Assembly: GCA_018671175.1 (NCBI GenBank)
Contig: JABHIE010000029.1
Coordinates: 86,929 to 150,928, forward strand
Reading direction: 5' to 3'
Length of the DNA stretch: 64,000 nucleotides
DNA from: Planctomycetota bacterium
Lineage (GTDB): Bacteria > Planctomycetota > UBA1135
Shown here: positions 16,302 through 26,149 of the stretch, piece by piece
How the letters are laid out: each line of letters begins with the position of its first letter
Numbering within the stretch: position 1 is the first letter of the stretch
Made by a program: the position numbers and the translations under genes
Notes under the pieces: model-generated
Database searches by the model: none
Told to the model about the DNA's origin: nothing
Seen by the model: the letters and a program-made list of their open reading frames with translations, nothing else

Positions 16302-17268
16302 AGAGTCAGTCGTTTCCGCTTCGGCGCTTGTCAAAACCTTTGGTGATGTCCGCGCTTTGCGTGGGGTTGGTTTTGAAGTCGGCACAGGTGAAGTCGTTGG
16401 TTTTCTTGGCCCCAATGGCGCAGGCAAGTCGACGGCCATACGCATTTTGGCGGGATTTTTAGGTGCTGATTCAGGCACAGCAAAAATTTGCGGCATCGAT
16501 GTCGCACTTGATCCCGTGTCGGCTAAACAGCATTTGGGCTACCTTCCTGAAAGCAATCCGCTTTACACCGAAATGCGCGTGCAAGATTTTTTGCAATTTG
16601 CGGCGGGCGCTCGTGGGCTCAGTGGTGGGGTGGCGCGGGCTGCGATTGACCAGGCGGTCGAGCGCACGGGTTTGGCATCTGTTTGGGGCCGCTTGATTGG
16701 CGAATGCTCCAAGGGCTTTCGCCAGAGAGTTGGTTTGGCTCAAGCTTTACTTCATGAGCCTGATTTGTTGATTCTAGATGAGCCGACAAATGGTCTTGAC
16801 CCGCTTCAGGTCGTCGAGATTCGTGAGCTCGTGCGTGAGCTTGGGCGTGAAAAAACCGTCTTGTTGACCAGCCATGTTCTGAGTGAAGTCGAGGCCCTCG
16901 CGGGTCGTGTCGTTTTGCTACACCAAGGCGAAAAGGTCGCCGATGGTTCGTTAGCTGAATTGACCACTCAGGCCGGCGTGATGCCCGTGCAAGTCTCGGC
17001 GATTTGTGATGGCGCGTCTCTGGCAGCCGCCTGCACGGAAGCCGGCGCTGAAACGATTCGTGAGCTGCCCAATCACGCCGATGGTGCGTCAAGCTGGCTT
17101 TGCGAGTGGTCCGTGTCGTCAATTGGTGCTGCTCAAACCCAAGCTCATGCCGTGCGAGCTTTGACCGATGCCGGGCTAACCCTGATTGAGTTCTCCCCTC
17201 AAAATGCCACATTAGAGTCGCTATTCCGCACTTTGAGTCGCCCTTCCTCCGTCGAGGTCTCTTCATGA
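16291..17268 (+). CDS. ABC transporter ATP-binding protein (GldA-like)
   Basis: GPNGAGKST Walker A, LSGGxxQR-type signature (CSKGFRQRVGLAQAL), LLILDEPTNGLD Walker B. Overlaps the rho stop by 11 nt. Confidence 0.9.
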   Translation: MMSRESVVSASALVKTFGDVRALRGVGFEVGTGEVVGFLGPNGAGKSTAIRILAGFLGADSGTAKICGIDVALDPVSAKQHLGYLPESNPLYTEMRVQDFLQFAAGARGLSGGVARAAIDQAVERTGLASVWGRLIGECSKGFRQRVGLAQALLHEPDLLILDEPTNGLDPLQVVEIRELVRELGREKTVLLTSHVLSEVEALAGRVVLLHQGEKVADGSLAELTTQAGVMPVQVSAICDGASLAAACTEAGAETIRELPNHADGASSWLCEWSVSSIGAAQTQAHAVRALTDAGLTLIEFSPQNATLESLFRTLSRPSSVEVSS

Positions 17269-17984
17269 AAGCCTTTCTATTAGCCAAACGCGAATGGAAA
17301 TCTGCTGTCGATTCGCCCGTGGCTTATGTCTTATTAGCTTTGCTGCCCGCAGTGTCTGCAGCTTTCTTTTTTGTGATGGGCCCGTTTTTTGATCGCGGCG
17401 TTGCCACTCTCCGCGATTTCTTTGGCTTGCTTCCTTGGCTCTTTGTCATGGTCATTCCTGCAATCACAATGCGCGCTTGGGCAGAAGAGCGCCGCTCCGG
17501 CACCGAAGAGTTGCTGATGACTTACCCAATGCGTTTGCGTGATTTGGTCTTAGGTAAATTTCTTGGGGCATGGGGTTTATTGGCGGCTTCTCTTTTCTTC
17601 ACTGCGGGTATCCCGCTTACGGTTGCAAGTTTAGGCGACCTCGATTGGGGCCCTGTTGTTGGCGGTTATCTTGGCGCCATGCTTATGGGCGCGGCTGCGA
17701 TTTCTTTCGGGCTGTTTTTGTCTGCATCGACTCGCAATCAAGTCGTCGCCTGGCTCATATCCGCGGTGGGGCTTATGACCTGGAATATGCTTGATTTTGC
17801 GGCCACCGCCGAGGCGACACCACCCGCTTTGGGCCGCTGGCTTTTGGCCGCTGATTTTGACGAGCACTTCTTCGCTTTTGCGCGTGGCGTAGTCGATTTT
17901 CGTGATGTGGTTTTTTACTTAAGCGTTACGGTTTTCTTCCTTTGCCTCAATGGCCTCACTTTTGAGCACCGCAGGGCATCATGA
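17265..17984 (+). CDS. ABC-2 type transporter permease (GldF-like)
   Basis: Six predicted hydrophobic helices; ATGA overlap with the ATPase gene. Confidence 0.8.
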   Translation: MKAFLLAKREWKSAVDSPVAYVLLALLPAVSAAFFFVMGPFFDRGVATLRDFFGLLPWLFVMVIPAITMRAWAEERRSGTEELLMTYPMRLRDLVLGKFLGAWGLLAASLFFTAGIPLTVASLGDLDWGPVVGGYLGAMLMGAAAISFGLFLSASTRNQVVAWLISAVGLMTWNMLDFAATAEATPPALGRWLLAADFDEHFFAFARGVVDFRDVVFYLSVTVFFLCLNGLTFEHRRAS

Positions 17985-19666
17985 GTGCGCGCCAACACAT
18001 TCGCTGGGCTGCCATTCTGCTGTTGGGCTGTTTGATTGCGCTTTTAAGCTATTCGCAGACCCTGTCGGGTCGACTCGACCTGACTGCTGACCAAGAATTC
18101 ACCCTTGCTGATTCAACGCTCGATTTGCTCGGTGAATTAGACGACCGTTTGCAAGTCAAGCTTTACTTTAATCGAGACATCGAAGGCGCTGAGGGTTTGC
18201 TTCCCGCGCGCATGGTGCTCGAAGATTTGCTCGACGAAATGGCGCAGGCATCCAATGGCAAAATGGTTGTCGAAACGGTTGATCCAACAACCGACCTCGC
18301 GGCCTCTCGCGATGCCGAGCATATTGGCATTGCTGCTGTGCCGCTGCCGAGTCGGCGCGTCGGTTCTGTAAGCATGAACACGCTCTATCAGGGGCTTGAG
18401 ATGCGCTACCACGACGCCTCAGAAGTCATCCCTTTTGCTATACCTGCTGAGTTCGAGTTTGCTTTCGTCACGCGCCTACAAGCTTTGCTTAAGCCTGATC
18501 GCTCTAGAGTGGCATTCTTCTCGCGTGAATCGCCAGCCGCGCCGCCTGTGCCTGGCATTGAGATGCCGATCCCAGCCGATCGCATTTTCGCAAATTTCCG
18601 TGCCATCCTTTATGACCGCTACCGAGTCGAAGAGGTCCTCCTAGACGCTGATTCTGGCGGGTTACGCCTCGGTGAAGACGCCGATTTGTTGGTCGTTGCG
18701 CGCCCGGAAAATGTGAATGAATCTGAGCTTGCATCGATTCAAAATTATCTTGGTGGGGGTGGCCATGTGCTCATCCTCTGGGATACCGAAGAAATCTCGC
18801 CAGGCCTCGGTGCTCGACCGATTCAGACTGGCCTCAAAGATTGGCTCGCCTCGTTAGGCGTTCACCCACAATCCGGTCTAGTCTGGGACGCCCATTCCCA
18901 AGAAGCCCCTGTGGGCAGTCGCGCGGTGCCGATGCCTGACGGCTCGGTCAAGCAGGCATCCATCACAATGCCTTATGGGTTCTTACCCGTGCTCGAAGGC
19001 GATAGCTTTCATTCCGAACATGTCGTTACGGCTTCCCTGTCTGATGTGTTGATGTTTTGGGCGCACCCCATTTTGCTTGAAGACAAAGCAAAACAGCAAT
19101 TTGCGGCAGAAACTTTGCTCCGTTCTTCGCCACAGTCTTGGTTGCTGCCGTCTGATGTTAGCCTAAAGATGACCGCCGAAAACATTGAGCGATTGCGAGG
19201 CGCGGCCGCTCAATCAGGGCCGGCTCGTGCTTTTTCTTTGGCTGTAAGTCTGCGTGATGTGGTTGGTGGGCAGGGCTTGCTCACTCTTTTGGGTGATGCT
19301 GATTTGTTCCACAACGCCTCTTTGCAGGCAGGTTCAACCAACTCTGATTTCGCGCTCAACCTCATCGACTGGATGGCCCAGCGCAGCTCATTGATCGGGC
19401 TGCGCTCTCGTGGGAAACGCGCGCGCCGGATTCCTCACTTTTACAATGAATACATCGCATCACAGGGTGGCGCGCCGAGCACAACAGAAGAGGCCGAGTC
19501 GCTAGACCGCGAGGCTAAGGCCTTTGAGCGCGCCGAACGGCGCTCATTGGCCTGGAGCAATGTCTTGCTACCGCCCCTTTTGGTGCTTCTGCTGGCCTTT
19601 GCGCATTTTTCCTATCACGCAAGAGCGGCCAAACGGCCCTGGCGCAGAGCGGGAGGTGCATCATAA
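17981..19666 (+). CDS. GldG-like ABC-transport auxiliary protein
   Basis: N-terminal and C-terminal TM anchors flank a large periplasmic region. ATGA overlap with the permease; typical GldA/F/G order. Confidence 0.65.
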   Translation: MSARQHIRWAAILLLGCLIALLSYSQTLSGRLDLTADQEFTLADSTLDLLGELDDRLQVKLYFNRDIEGAEGLLPARMVLEDLLDEMAQASNGKMVVETVDPTTDLAASRDAEHIGIAAVPLPSRRVGSVSMNTLYQGLEMRYHDASEVIPFAIPAEFEFAFVTRLQALLKPDRSRVAFFSRESPAAPPVPGIEMPIPADRIFANFRAILYDRYRVEEVLLDADSGGLRLGEDADLLVVARPENVNESELASIQNYLGGGGHVLILWDTEEISPGLGARPIQTGLKDWLASLGVHPQSGLVWDAHSQEAPVGSRAVPMPDGSVKQASITMPYGFLPVLEGDSFHSEHVVTASLSDVLMFWAHPILLEDKAKQQFAAETLLRSSPQSWLLPSDVSLKMTAENIERLRGAAAQSGPARAFSLAVSLRDVVGGQGLLTLLGDADLFHNASLQAGSTNSDFALNLIDWMAQRSSLIGLRSRGKRARRIPHFYNEYIASQGGAPSTTEEAESLDREAKAFERAERRSLAWSNVLLPPLLVLLLAFAHFSYHARAAKRPWRRAGGAS

Positions 19667-19692
19667 ATACGGCATCATTAAAACGGCGCAAT

Positions 19693-20685
19693 TTGGGCTT
19701 GGCCATTTGCTTTGCGCTCTGCGCGCTGGCTGCAATTGCGACTCACAAACCATGGCTAGGTGATGCGCATTCTCGCACCTACGCGCGTGTGGGTTTGCTC
19801 TTTCCTGAATTGGCGCGCGTCGTTGATACTGCGGTTGAAGTCGTCATTGTTTCGCCTGGTAAAGAGGTCAAGCTTCATTTGCTCGACGGTGCTTGGCGGG
19901 TCAAAGACAAATTGAATCACCCAGCGCATTTGTCGCGGTTGTCAAATCTATTCGCCACTCTTTCGACTTTAAAATCGAGCGACATGGTCTCTGACAATGC
20001 CGCCAACCATGCGGTTTATGGCGTTGATGCCGAGCATGGCGTCCGTATTACTTTGCGTGATGCAAGTGGGGCGGTTCTGGCTGATCTCATGGCGGGCAAT
20101 TTGCGCGGGCAAGAGCTGATCCCAGAAGAAGCCGAGCGTGCGATTCTTGCATTTTATGTGCGACGGGCTGGCGAGGCTGATGTGTATTTGTCAAACAATT
20201 ACATTGCTCCCGTGACGAGCCCATCCGACTGGATTGAAAATAAATTTCTTGCAAGCGTCGATCCCGCGAGCGTCGATTGGGTTGAGCGTATTTCGACTCT
20301 CCCTGATTCAAGTTGGCGGCTCACACGCACTCAAGATACCGAATTCATCGACGATGTTGAGCATTCTGTCTGGTCACTTGAGTCGGGTCTGGCTCGCGCT
20401 TGGGCGGCTGAGCATTTGCTCGCGGTTTTGACTGATTTGCGTGCATCCGATGTGATCGAAAAGCTCGACGGCGCAGCAGGGCCAGCTGCAAAATATGGTT
20501 TGGGCATAGAAACTTATCGCGCCGGAATTGGTGGCGCAGTCTTTCAGTTGCACCTCGGCACACTCGCGCGAGATGGCCACCGTTACATTCAAATCGATGG
20601 TTTGCCGTGGGTTTACACCATCGCCGAATACGAGTCGGAAAGCTTGCGGCAGGTTGACTTGCCCTTTTTGCAACTCGCCGAATAG
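19693..20685 (+). CDS. DUF4340-like protein (GldG-associated)
   Basis: N-terminal TM anchor, ~330 aa, in the position usually held by DUF4340 proteins after GldG-like genes. Family assignment is from context and memory only. Confidence 0.45.
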   Translation: MGLAICFALCALAAIATHKPWLGDAHSRTYARVGLLFPELARVVDTAVEVVIVSPGKEVKLHLLDGAWRVKDKLNHPAHLSRLSNLFATLSTLKSSDMVSDNAANHAVYGVDAEHGVRITLRDASGAVLADLMAGNLRGQELIPEEAERAILAFYVRRAGEADVYLSNNYIAPVTSPSDWIENKFLASVDPASVDWVERISTLPDSSWRLTRTQDTEFIDDVEHSVWSLESGLARAWAAEHLLAVLTDLRASDVIEKLDGAAGPAAKYGLGIETYRAGIGGAVFQLHLGTLARDGHRYIQIDGLPWVYTIAEYESESLRQVDLPFLQLAE

Positions 20686-20694
20686 AGATCCATC

Positions 20695-21297
20695 ATGAAC
20701 GAGTTCCTGCCTATCTTGTCTTTCCTTTGCGTGCCCCTTGCCTTCGCGGCCGGCGCCTGGGCTTTTTTCGGTCGCGACCCACGCCGCCTGCCTTTTCTAA
20801 CCCGCGTACTTGCGATTGTGCTTGCCCTCAACCTCTTGTCGATGGCATGGGGAGTGTGGCAAATTCTCGATTTGTTCGCCAAAGATGAGTTCGGGCAACT
20901 TTCACTTTTCTCGGCGTCAAGCGGCAACCCACTCGACCATGCTGCGCAATTGCATATGACCCTGCTTTACCCGATTGCAGGTGCGCTCGCGAGTTGGCTT
21001 TTATCGCTCGCCTTGCTGTTTACTTATGGGCGGAGCAAAATGAGTTTCGAAGCTCTCTCGATGATGACAGTGATTCATCCGTGCTATGTCGTCGTGACGG
21101 CAGTCGGCGAAATGACCGGTATCTTTTCCGATATCGCCGAAGCCGATGGGGGCGATTCAAGCCAAGCTTTAGAGTCAGCCCTGAGTGCGGGCATAGATGT
21201 TTTTCAAGACCGCGTCTTTTGGTCTTTTGGTATAGCACTCGTAATTTTTGTCATCCTGCGCGGTCTGGCCTGGCAGCCCAAAGAAGTTTCTGCTTGA
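20695..21297 (+). CDS. hypothetical integral membrane protein
   Basis: 200-aa ORF with about five hydrophobic helices, 10 nt after the previous gene. Confidence 0.6.
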   Translation: MNEFLPILSFLCVPLAFAAGAWAFFGRDPRRLPFLTRVLAIVLALNLLSMAWGVWQILDLFAKDEFGQLSLFSASSGNPLDHAAQLHMTLLYPIAGALASWLLSLALLFTYGRSKMSFEALSMMTVIHPCYVVVTAVGEMTGIFSDIAEADGGDSSQALESALSAGIDVFQDRVFWSFGIALVIFVILRGLAWQPKEVSA

Positions 21298-21329
21298 ACT
21301 CCGCCTCTCTTGGCTGATATAGATTCATC

Positions 21330-21785
21330 ATGCAGTCCAAAGCCAAAGATGTTGCGACTTATCTAGCTGAGCTTCCCGCTGACCGAGTTGAGCCATTTAC
21401 TCGCCTGCGAACGGTCCTCCTTGAAAACATCCCAAGCGGTTTCGAGGAAGTCATGCAATACGGCATGCCCGGTTTTGTGGTGCCGCATTCGATTTTCCCA
21501 GCGGGTTACCACTGCGACCCTAAAACGCCATTGCCTTTTTTGAGTTTTGCATCTCAAAAGAATTTTATTGCCCTATATCATGCCGGCCTTTACGCCAGCC
21601 CTAAATTGCACGCGTGGTTTGTTGCCGAATACCCTAAACATTGCACACGCAAATTAGATATGGGCAAGAGTTGCATCCGCTTCAAGAAAATGAACGATAT
21701 TCCTTTTGGGCTCATTGCTGAATTGCTGACCAAAATGACGCTTGCTGATTGGGTAACTCTCTACGAAAAGGAAGTCGCGCCTTAG
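21330..21785 (+). CDS. DUF1801 (YdhG-like) domain protein
   Basis: ...DVATYLAELPADRVEPFTRLRTVLLENIP.GFEEVMQYGMPGF... and the 151-aa size fit the DUF1801 pattern. Confidence 0.6.
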   Translation: MQSKAKDVATYLAELPADRVEPFTRLRTVLLENIPSGFEEVMQYGMPGFVVPHSIFPAGYHCDPKTPLPFLSFASQKNFIALYHAGLYASPKLHAWFVAEYPKHCTRKLDMGKSCIRFKKMNDIPFGLIAELLTKMTLADWVTLYEKEVAP

Positions 21786-22375
21786 GATTGACTTTCGAGG
21801 TGCTTTTGCAAACGCAAGGCCTGTTGGGCATCTCCGTTTTTCAATCGCGTTTTGTCAACGACCCTTGCTGTGATGGCTCGAATTGGGTTTGGCAATATGA
21901 GAGCAGGCGACCAGCAATCTACAAGCAAAACTGTGCGCGGCGAAGAGGAATGATTCCATCCGCGGTGCTCTTGATAATCATGAAAACTAATGCATTGATT
22001 TTCTTGATAAGGAATAGCTCGCCCCTCTAATTCAAACGAATTGTCTTCAGGAATTTCGACACCCAGAAGCGTGCGCTGTACCCCATATTGCCCTTTGTGG
22101 AGCCCCACAACGGCATGAGGCAGAGCCGTTAAGAAACTGGCCCCCCTCAAGCGCGGGATGCGGCGGAGCAGCTTTAAAGTCTGGGGAAAAATGTCTGTAA
22201 ACTTTGTTTCGAATGCGCCCGCCGTCAGAATAAAAAAAGAATGCGTGTCTTCAGCGCGGCCGACATGAGCTTTCATTATGAGGGAAGGCCCCGTGCAGAA
22301 GTCAGCCCACTCAGCTTGAATGGCGCTCGCATTTTCTTTGAGGAGATGAATGAGTTCGGTTGTTTTCATATTCAC
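21782..22375 (-). CDS. aspartyl/asparaginyl beta-hydroxylase-family (cupin, 2OG-Fe) protein
   Basis: ...LPHAVVGLHKGQYGVQRTLLGVEIPEDNSFELEGRAIPYQENQCISFHDYQEHRGWNHSSSPRTVLLVD matches the family layout (pH.g...R.hLgl..P...l.v.g....w.eg....FDd...H.a.N.s...R.vL..D). Confidence 0.55.
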   Translation of the reverse strand: MNMKTTELIHLLKENASAIQAEWADFCTGPSLIMKAHVGRAEDTHSFFILTAGAFETKFTDIFPQTLKLLRRIPRLRGASFLTALPHAVVGLHKGQYGVQRTLLGVEIPEDNSFELEGRAIPYQENQCISFHDYQEHRGWNHSSSPRTVLLVDCWSPALILPNPIRAITARVVDKTRLKNGDAQQALRLQKHLESQS

Positions 22376-22444
22376 GGTGTATTAACTCAAATGAGTCGGT
22401 AAGTCATAAGAGTAATAAAATGAAAAACTGGACAAGTAATAGTC

Positions 22445-22500
22445 GAAAACTAACAAATAAACGAAAGTGGCCGCCCATCGACAAATCGATGGGCGGCCAC
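22445..22500 (-). terminator. rho-independent terminator after the PFOR genes
   Basis: Perfect 15-bp stem GTGGCCGCCCATCGA (22467-22481), loop CAAA, TCGATGGGCGGCCAC (22486-22500). On the minus strand it is followed by the T-rich tract TTTCGTTTATTTGTTAGTTTT. Confidence 0.8.
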
Positions 22501-22514
22501 TAGGCTGGCAAGGG

Positions 22515-24083
22515 CTAAATCAACCCGGCCATTTCTTGCAAACGGCGCCAATTATCAAGCCGTTGCTGGCTACCACAGAGCAAGGCTTCTGATGGCTCGC
22601 CATCTTTGCCAAAATGCTTCCGGAAGCGACCCTCGGTGCGGGCGAAATCGACAAAAGTCAGATCGTCTTCTGTTTTTGGCTTTTTCATCCAGTCGTCTTT
22701 AATCTTTGGATTGCCCTTGAGGCTCAAACGGTCACGCAGCAATTCACCCTCGCGAGGGTCATGAACAAACAGCGGGAATGTGCGAGACTCTACAGCCAGC
22801 TTGGATTGCGCGTTGCTCATCTCGTCGCCCACACCATGCTCAGGCTGGCAGGTCGTGTAGGCAATAATCAAACTCGGCCCCTCAAACTCATTTGCGGCCA
22901 TAATGGCGCGGTAAAAGTGTGCGGGGAATGCCGCAGAAACGCAAGCGACAAACACATTGGGGTGCATCATGGCGATTTGAGCGGCTTCTTTGCGCATCTC
23001 AACTTTGCCAGGATTGACTTTGCCGTGAGCTGACAATTTGGCTTCTTGGCCAAAGAATGTCGAACCCGAAGCTTGCCCGCCCGTGTTGGAATACACTTGG
23101 GTATCAAGCACCATAACATTGATGTCAAGGTCAGAAGTCAGCACTCGACTCAAAGCCTGGAAGCCAATATCAAGCATGCCGCCATCACCACCAATAGCCC
23201 ACAACTTTTTGTCTTTGCGGCCAGATTGATCCCAGCGCAGACGCACACCCGCGGCAGTCGTCGCGCAGTTTTCAAAGAGCGAGTTCATCCAGGGTGCGGT
23301 GTATGGGTTGTAGGGGTAAGTCGAGGCATAGACCGTGTTGCAGCCCGTTGCGGCAACCATGCCCATGCACTGAGGGCCGTACACAAAGTTGGTCGCGGCA
23401 AGCATCATGCGCAGGCAAGTTACCTCACCACAGCCCATGCAAGCCCCTGCGCCACCAACAAAGCCGTCAAGGGCTTCTTGTTTGAGCATCATGTCGCTCA
23501 GGACTTTTTCATTGATGTACTCGTCGGAAGTGTCGGGCAAATTTTTGAAAATATCAAAAGTGTCTTTGAAGTGAGGCAAGCCTTTCGCAGCTTTGTCTTC
23601 CATCGCAAGAGCTTCGTCATCGCAAACCTCGACACATTCGCCACAACCTTTGCATTTGGTTGGATCGACAAAGATACCGAACATGCCAGGGTCGCCACCT
23701 TTTTTCTCAATCATGTTGTAGAACTTTTTCGTTTGAGAAAAAGAACCTACAAATTGATCTTTGGCCTCGCCTTCGAGCGTCGCCAATTTAGCGTCGTAAT
23801 CTGACTTGGAAAGCACCTTGCCCAAAATGGCCGTATCTGGGCAGGAAGTCACGCATTCCATGCAACCGACGCAATTGTCGTTGAAGAAAATAGGAATCTC
23901 AGGCGCGATGTATGAGAAGTCACGCATGCGACCTGTGCCTGGCGCCATGAGTGAACGAGCCGTCGTAATGTCTGCAGGAAGGCCCATCTCAGCGGAGCCA
24001 TCGTTGTATGCGCGGATGATGCGCTCGTTGAAATCCTCGAAATCGAGGAGCTCAAACATGTCTTGTTGTGTGTTTTGATTCAT
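22515..24083 (-). CDS. pyruvate/2-oxoacid:ferredoxin oxidoreductase, C-terminal half (ferredoxin domain + TPP-binding beta domain)
   Basis: Two 4Fe-4S motifs (CVGCMECVTSCP, CKGCGECVEVCD), then the TPP-binding region (...LWAIGGDGGMLDIGFQAL...NVMVLDTQVYSNTGGQ). Colinear with NifJ-type PFOR domains IV-VII. Confidence 0.85.
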   Translation of the reverse strand: MNQNTQQDMFELLDFEDFNERIIRAYNDGSAEMGLPADITTARSLMAPGTGRMRDFSYIAPEIPIFFNDNCVGCMECVTSCPDTAILGKVLSKSDYDAKLATLEGEAKDQFVGSFSQTKKFYNMIEKKGGDPGMFGIFVDPTKCKGCGECVEVCDDEALAMEDKAAKGLPHFKDTFDIFKNLPDTSDEYINEKVLSDMMLKQEALDGFVGGAGACMGCGEVTCLRMMLAATNFVYGPQCMGMVAATGCNTVYASTYPYNPYTAPWMNSLFENCATTAAGVRLRWDQSGRKDKKLWAIGGDGGMLDIGFQALSRVLTSDLDINVMVLDTQVYSNTGGQASGSTFFGQEAKLSAHGKVNPGKVEMRKEAAQIAMMHPNVFVACVSAAFPAHFYRAIMAANEFEGPSLIIAYTTCQPEHGVGDEMSNAQSKLAVESRTFPLFVHDPREGELLRDRLSLKGNPKIKDDWMKKPKTEDDLTFVDFARTEGRFRKHFGKDGEPSEALLCGSQQRLDNWRRLQEMAGLI

Positions 24084-24093
24084 GGTTTGACCC

Positions 24094-26064
24094 TCAGACT
24101 TCTAGGTTGACTTCAGATTCGATGATTTCGCGTGAAACTTCACGGACATCCGCAATGCCTCGCCGCACGCATTCGAGGTTTTCGGCAACCACCTTGTCGC
24201 CGCGCCGCCCGAAATACTTCCGCAAACTGCGCTCGACACCCTCAAGGAGCGTGGCGTCTGTGAGACCCGATTGCTCAGCAAACGGTGTGACCTTGAGGAA
24301 CACGCCCAACAAAACAATGCCTTGCATGCGTTGCACGAGGTCAGGGCTCGAAGCGATATCGCGCGCCGTCTCAACCATGTCGAGATAGTAAACGCGGATG
24401 CCTTTTTCACGGATGCCTTGCCGCGCAGTTTCGGGAATGCCGCGCCAAACTTGCTCAGGATCGCTGGCGGGGGATTGCAGCAACATCGCGCCGCCTTCGA
24501 CTAGCCCAAAGAGAGGGTTGCCATTGCGGAAGGCATTGACATCGTTTAGAGGCACAAACTCAACTTTATGCAGCTCGCAGTGAATCGGAATGTGCTCACT
24601 TGCGATGGTCAAGAAGTAAGTGGTAGGCAGACCTTTTTTCTCTGAACCGTATTTGGGGTAGGCCTGCACCTCTTTATCAAAGAGGTCAGCGACCATCGTG
24701 CCGATGACTTTGTTGGTCGTAACCGAACCGTAGCCACCAACGGAGTGCCCACGCATTGAGAAGGAGCCAACCGGCCGCACATCTGGGTCAATGCCCATCG
24801 TGATGGCGGTGGGGTGCTGAATGCCAATCGAAAAATATCGACCTGCCGATGTTTCACGCCCTTCGGAAATATGCTCATACAGAGCCACGATATCGCCGGG
24901 GCGAATGTCGCGTGAGCCCAAGCCACCCGAACCGTGGTAAAGCGCAGGAACAGAATCAATCTTGTCGTAGCCTGGGGCGCCAGAGACGGCGTCAAACAGG
25001 GCTGCTTTGACCTCAGCAGCAAGAGGGTTGCTCTGTGCGGCAGGTACATCAAGCCGCTCAATCACGGCAACCGTTTTTGCGCCACCCAAAACTTTAGCCA
25101 ACTGCGGCCCAGGGAAAGGGCGCAAGCTAATCACGGAAACGCAGCCCACTTTGAGGTCGGTGTTGTCGCGCATCCAGTCAACCGTAGCAGTGATGGTTTC
25201 CATCATGGTGCCCATGCCCACAAGGATGTGGTCGGCATCATCGCAACGATGCGCATCAATGAAATCAAGCGAGCGCCCCGTTTGCGTGGCGTATTCGGCG
25301 AAACTGTCAGTCAAGGACGGCACGAGCAGATCGTAAAACGCGCGCTGAGCGATTTTGCCTTTCATGTAGGAGTCTTGGTTTTGAATGACTCCAGACATGA
25401 TGGCTGTCTCAGTGCTCATCAAATCGTTAATTTTGGATCGTGGGTCGCCGATAAACCCCTTCATGAATTCAGGCTCAGGCATAACCACATTTTCGACGGT
25501 GTGCGTCGTAAGGAAGCCATCTTGCACATTCATGAATGGTGTGTGGGTGTCTTCCGCCACGCGCCGAGCAATCAAACCGAGGTCGGCTGATTCTTGCGCG
25601 TTGCGAGCCATCAAGATGCCCCAGCCACAATCAGTCACGGCCATGACATCATCGTGGCCAGCGTGAACATTAAGCGACTGCGAGGTCAAAGCGCGAGCGC
25701 CAATGTGGAAGACGGCTGGCAGACGCTTGCCGGCAATCGTATAGAGGACTTCTTTCATCAAAACTAGGCCCTGCCCAGATGTGAAAGTCGTCACGCGACC
25801 ACCGGCCGCAGCGTAGCCCTCACAGGCTGACGCGGCAGAGTGCTCGGACTCAGGCTCAAAAAATGCGAGTGGGGTGCCCCAGAGGTTTTTCGCGCCGTTG
25901 GTACTTGAAACCTCAAAAATCTGGCCCATCGTGGTGGATGAGGTGATTGGGTAGCCACAGGCTGCCTCGCCGATATGAGTCTCGACATAGGCGACCATGG
26001 TTGAGCCGTCTGCGGTGGCAGGCGTGCCGGGGAAGGGTGCTTTATTTTCAGTGGACATGGACAT
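24094..26064 (-). CDS. pyruvate/2-oxoacid:ferredoxin oxidoreductase, N-terminal half (alpha + gamma domains)
   Basis: ORF 24094-26133. DGSTMVAYVETHIGEAACGYPITSSTTM... (domain I), then ...YGSEKKGLPTTYFLTIA (gamma-like domain III). Start is ATG 26064 or 26058; GGAG sits 7 nt before the latter. Confidence 0.85.
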   Translation of the reverse strand: MSMSTENKAPFPGTPATADGSTMVAYVETHIGEAACGYPITSSTTMGQIFEVSSTNGAKNLWGTPLAFFEPESEHSAASACEGYAAAGGRVTTFTSGQGLVLMKEVLYTIAGKRLPAVFHIGARALTSQSLNVHAGHDDVMAVTDCGWGILMARNAQESADLGLIARRVAEDTHTPFMNVQDGFLTTHTVENVVMPEPEFMKGFIGDPRSKINDLMSTETAIMSGVIQNQDSYMKGKIAQRAFYDLLVPSLTDSFAEYATQTGRSLDFIDAHRCDDADHILVGMGTMMETITATVDWMRDNTDLKVGCVSVISLRPFPGPQLAKVLGGAKTVAVIERLDVPAAQSNPLAAEVKAALFDAVSGAPGYDKIDSVPALYHGSGGLGSRDIRPGDIVALYEHISEGRETSAGRYFSIGIQHPTAITMGIDPDVRPVGSFSMRGHSVGGYGSVTTNKVIGTMVADLFDKEVQAYPKYGSEKKGLPTTYFLTIASEHIPIHCELHKVEFVPLNDVNAFRNGNPLFGLVEGGAMLLQSPASDPEQVWRGIPETARQGIREKGIRVYYLDMVETARDIASSPDLVQRMQGIVLLGVFLKVTPFAEQSGLTDATLLEGVERSLRKYFGRRGDKVVAENLECVRRGIADVREVSREIIESEVNLEV

Positions 26065-26149
26065 TCTCCATTTGCCCCAATCGGGGCCAACAAACTTAAG
26101 CCATATTCTGCCAACATCCCACCCCGCTTTCATTGTAATCCTCTATATT

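Noticed and set aside
16619-17287. 222-aa minus-strand ORF over the ABC ATPase gene. Similar shadows occur at 29956-30645, 38964-39596, 41613-42110 and 44541-45503.
   Set aside because: All lie inside well-supported genes on the opposite strand and show the biased composition of antisense frames.
23046-25590. Long plus-strand ORFs (23046-23804, 24934-25590 and others) antisense to the PFOR genes
   Set aside because: Same reasoning: they shadow strongly supported minus-strand genes, have no start context or motifs, and their composition is typical of antisense frames.
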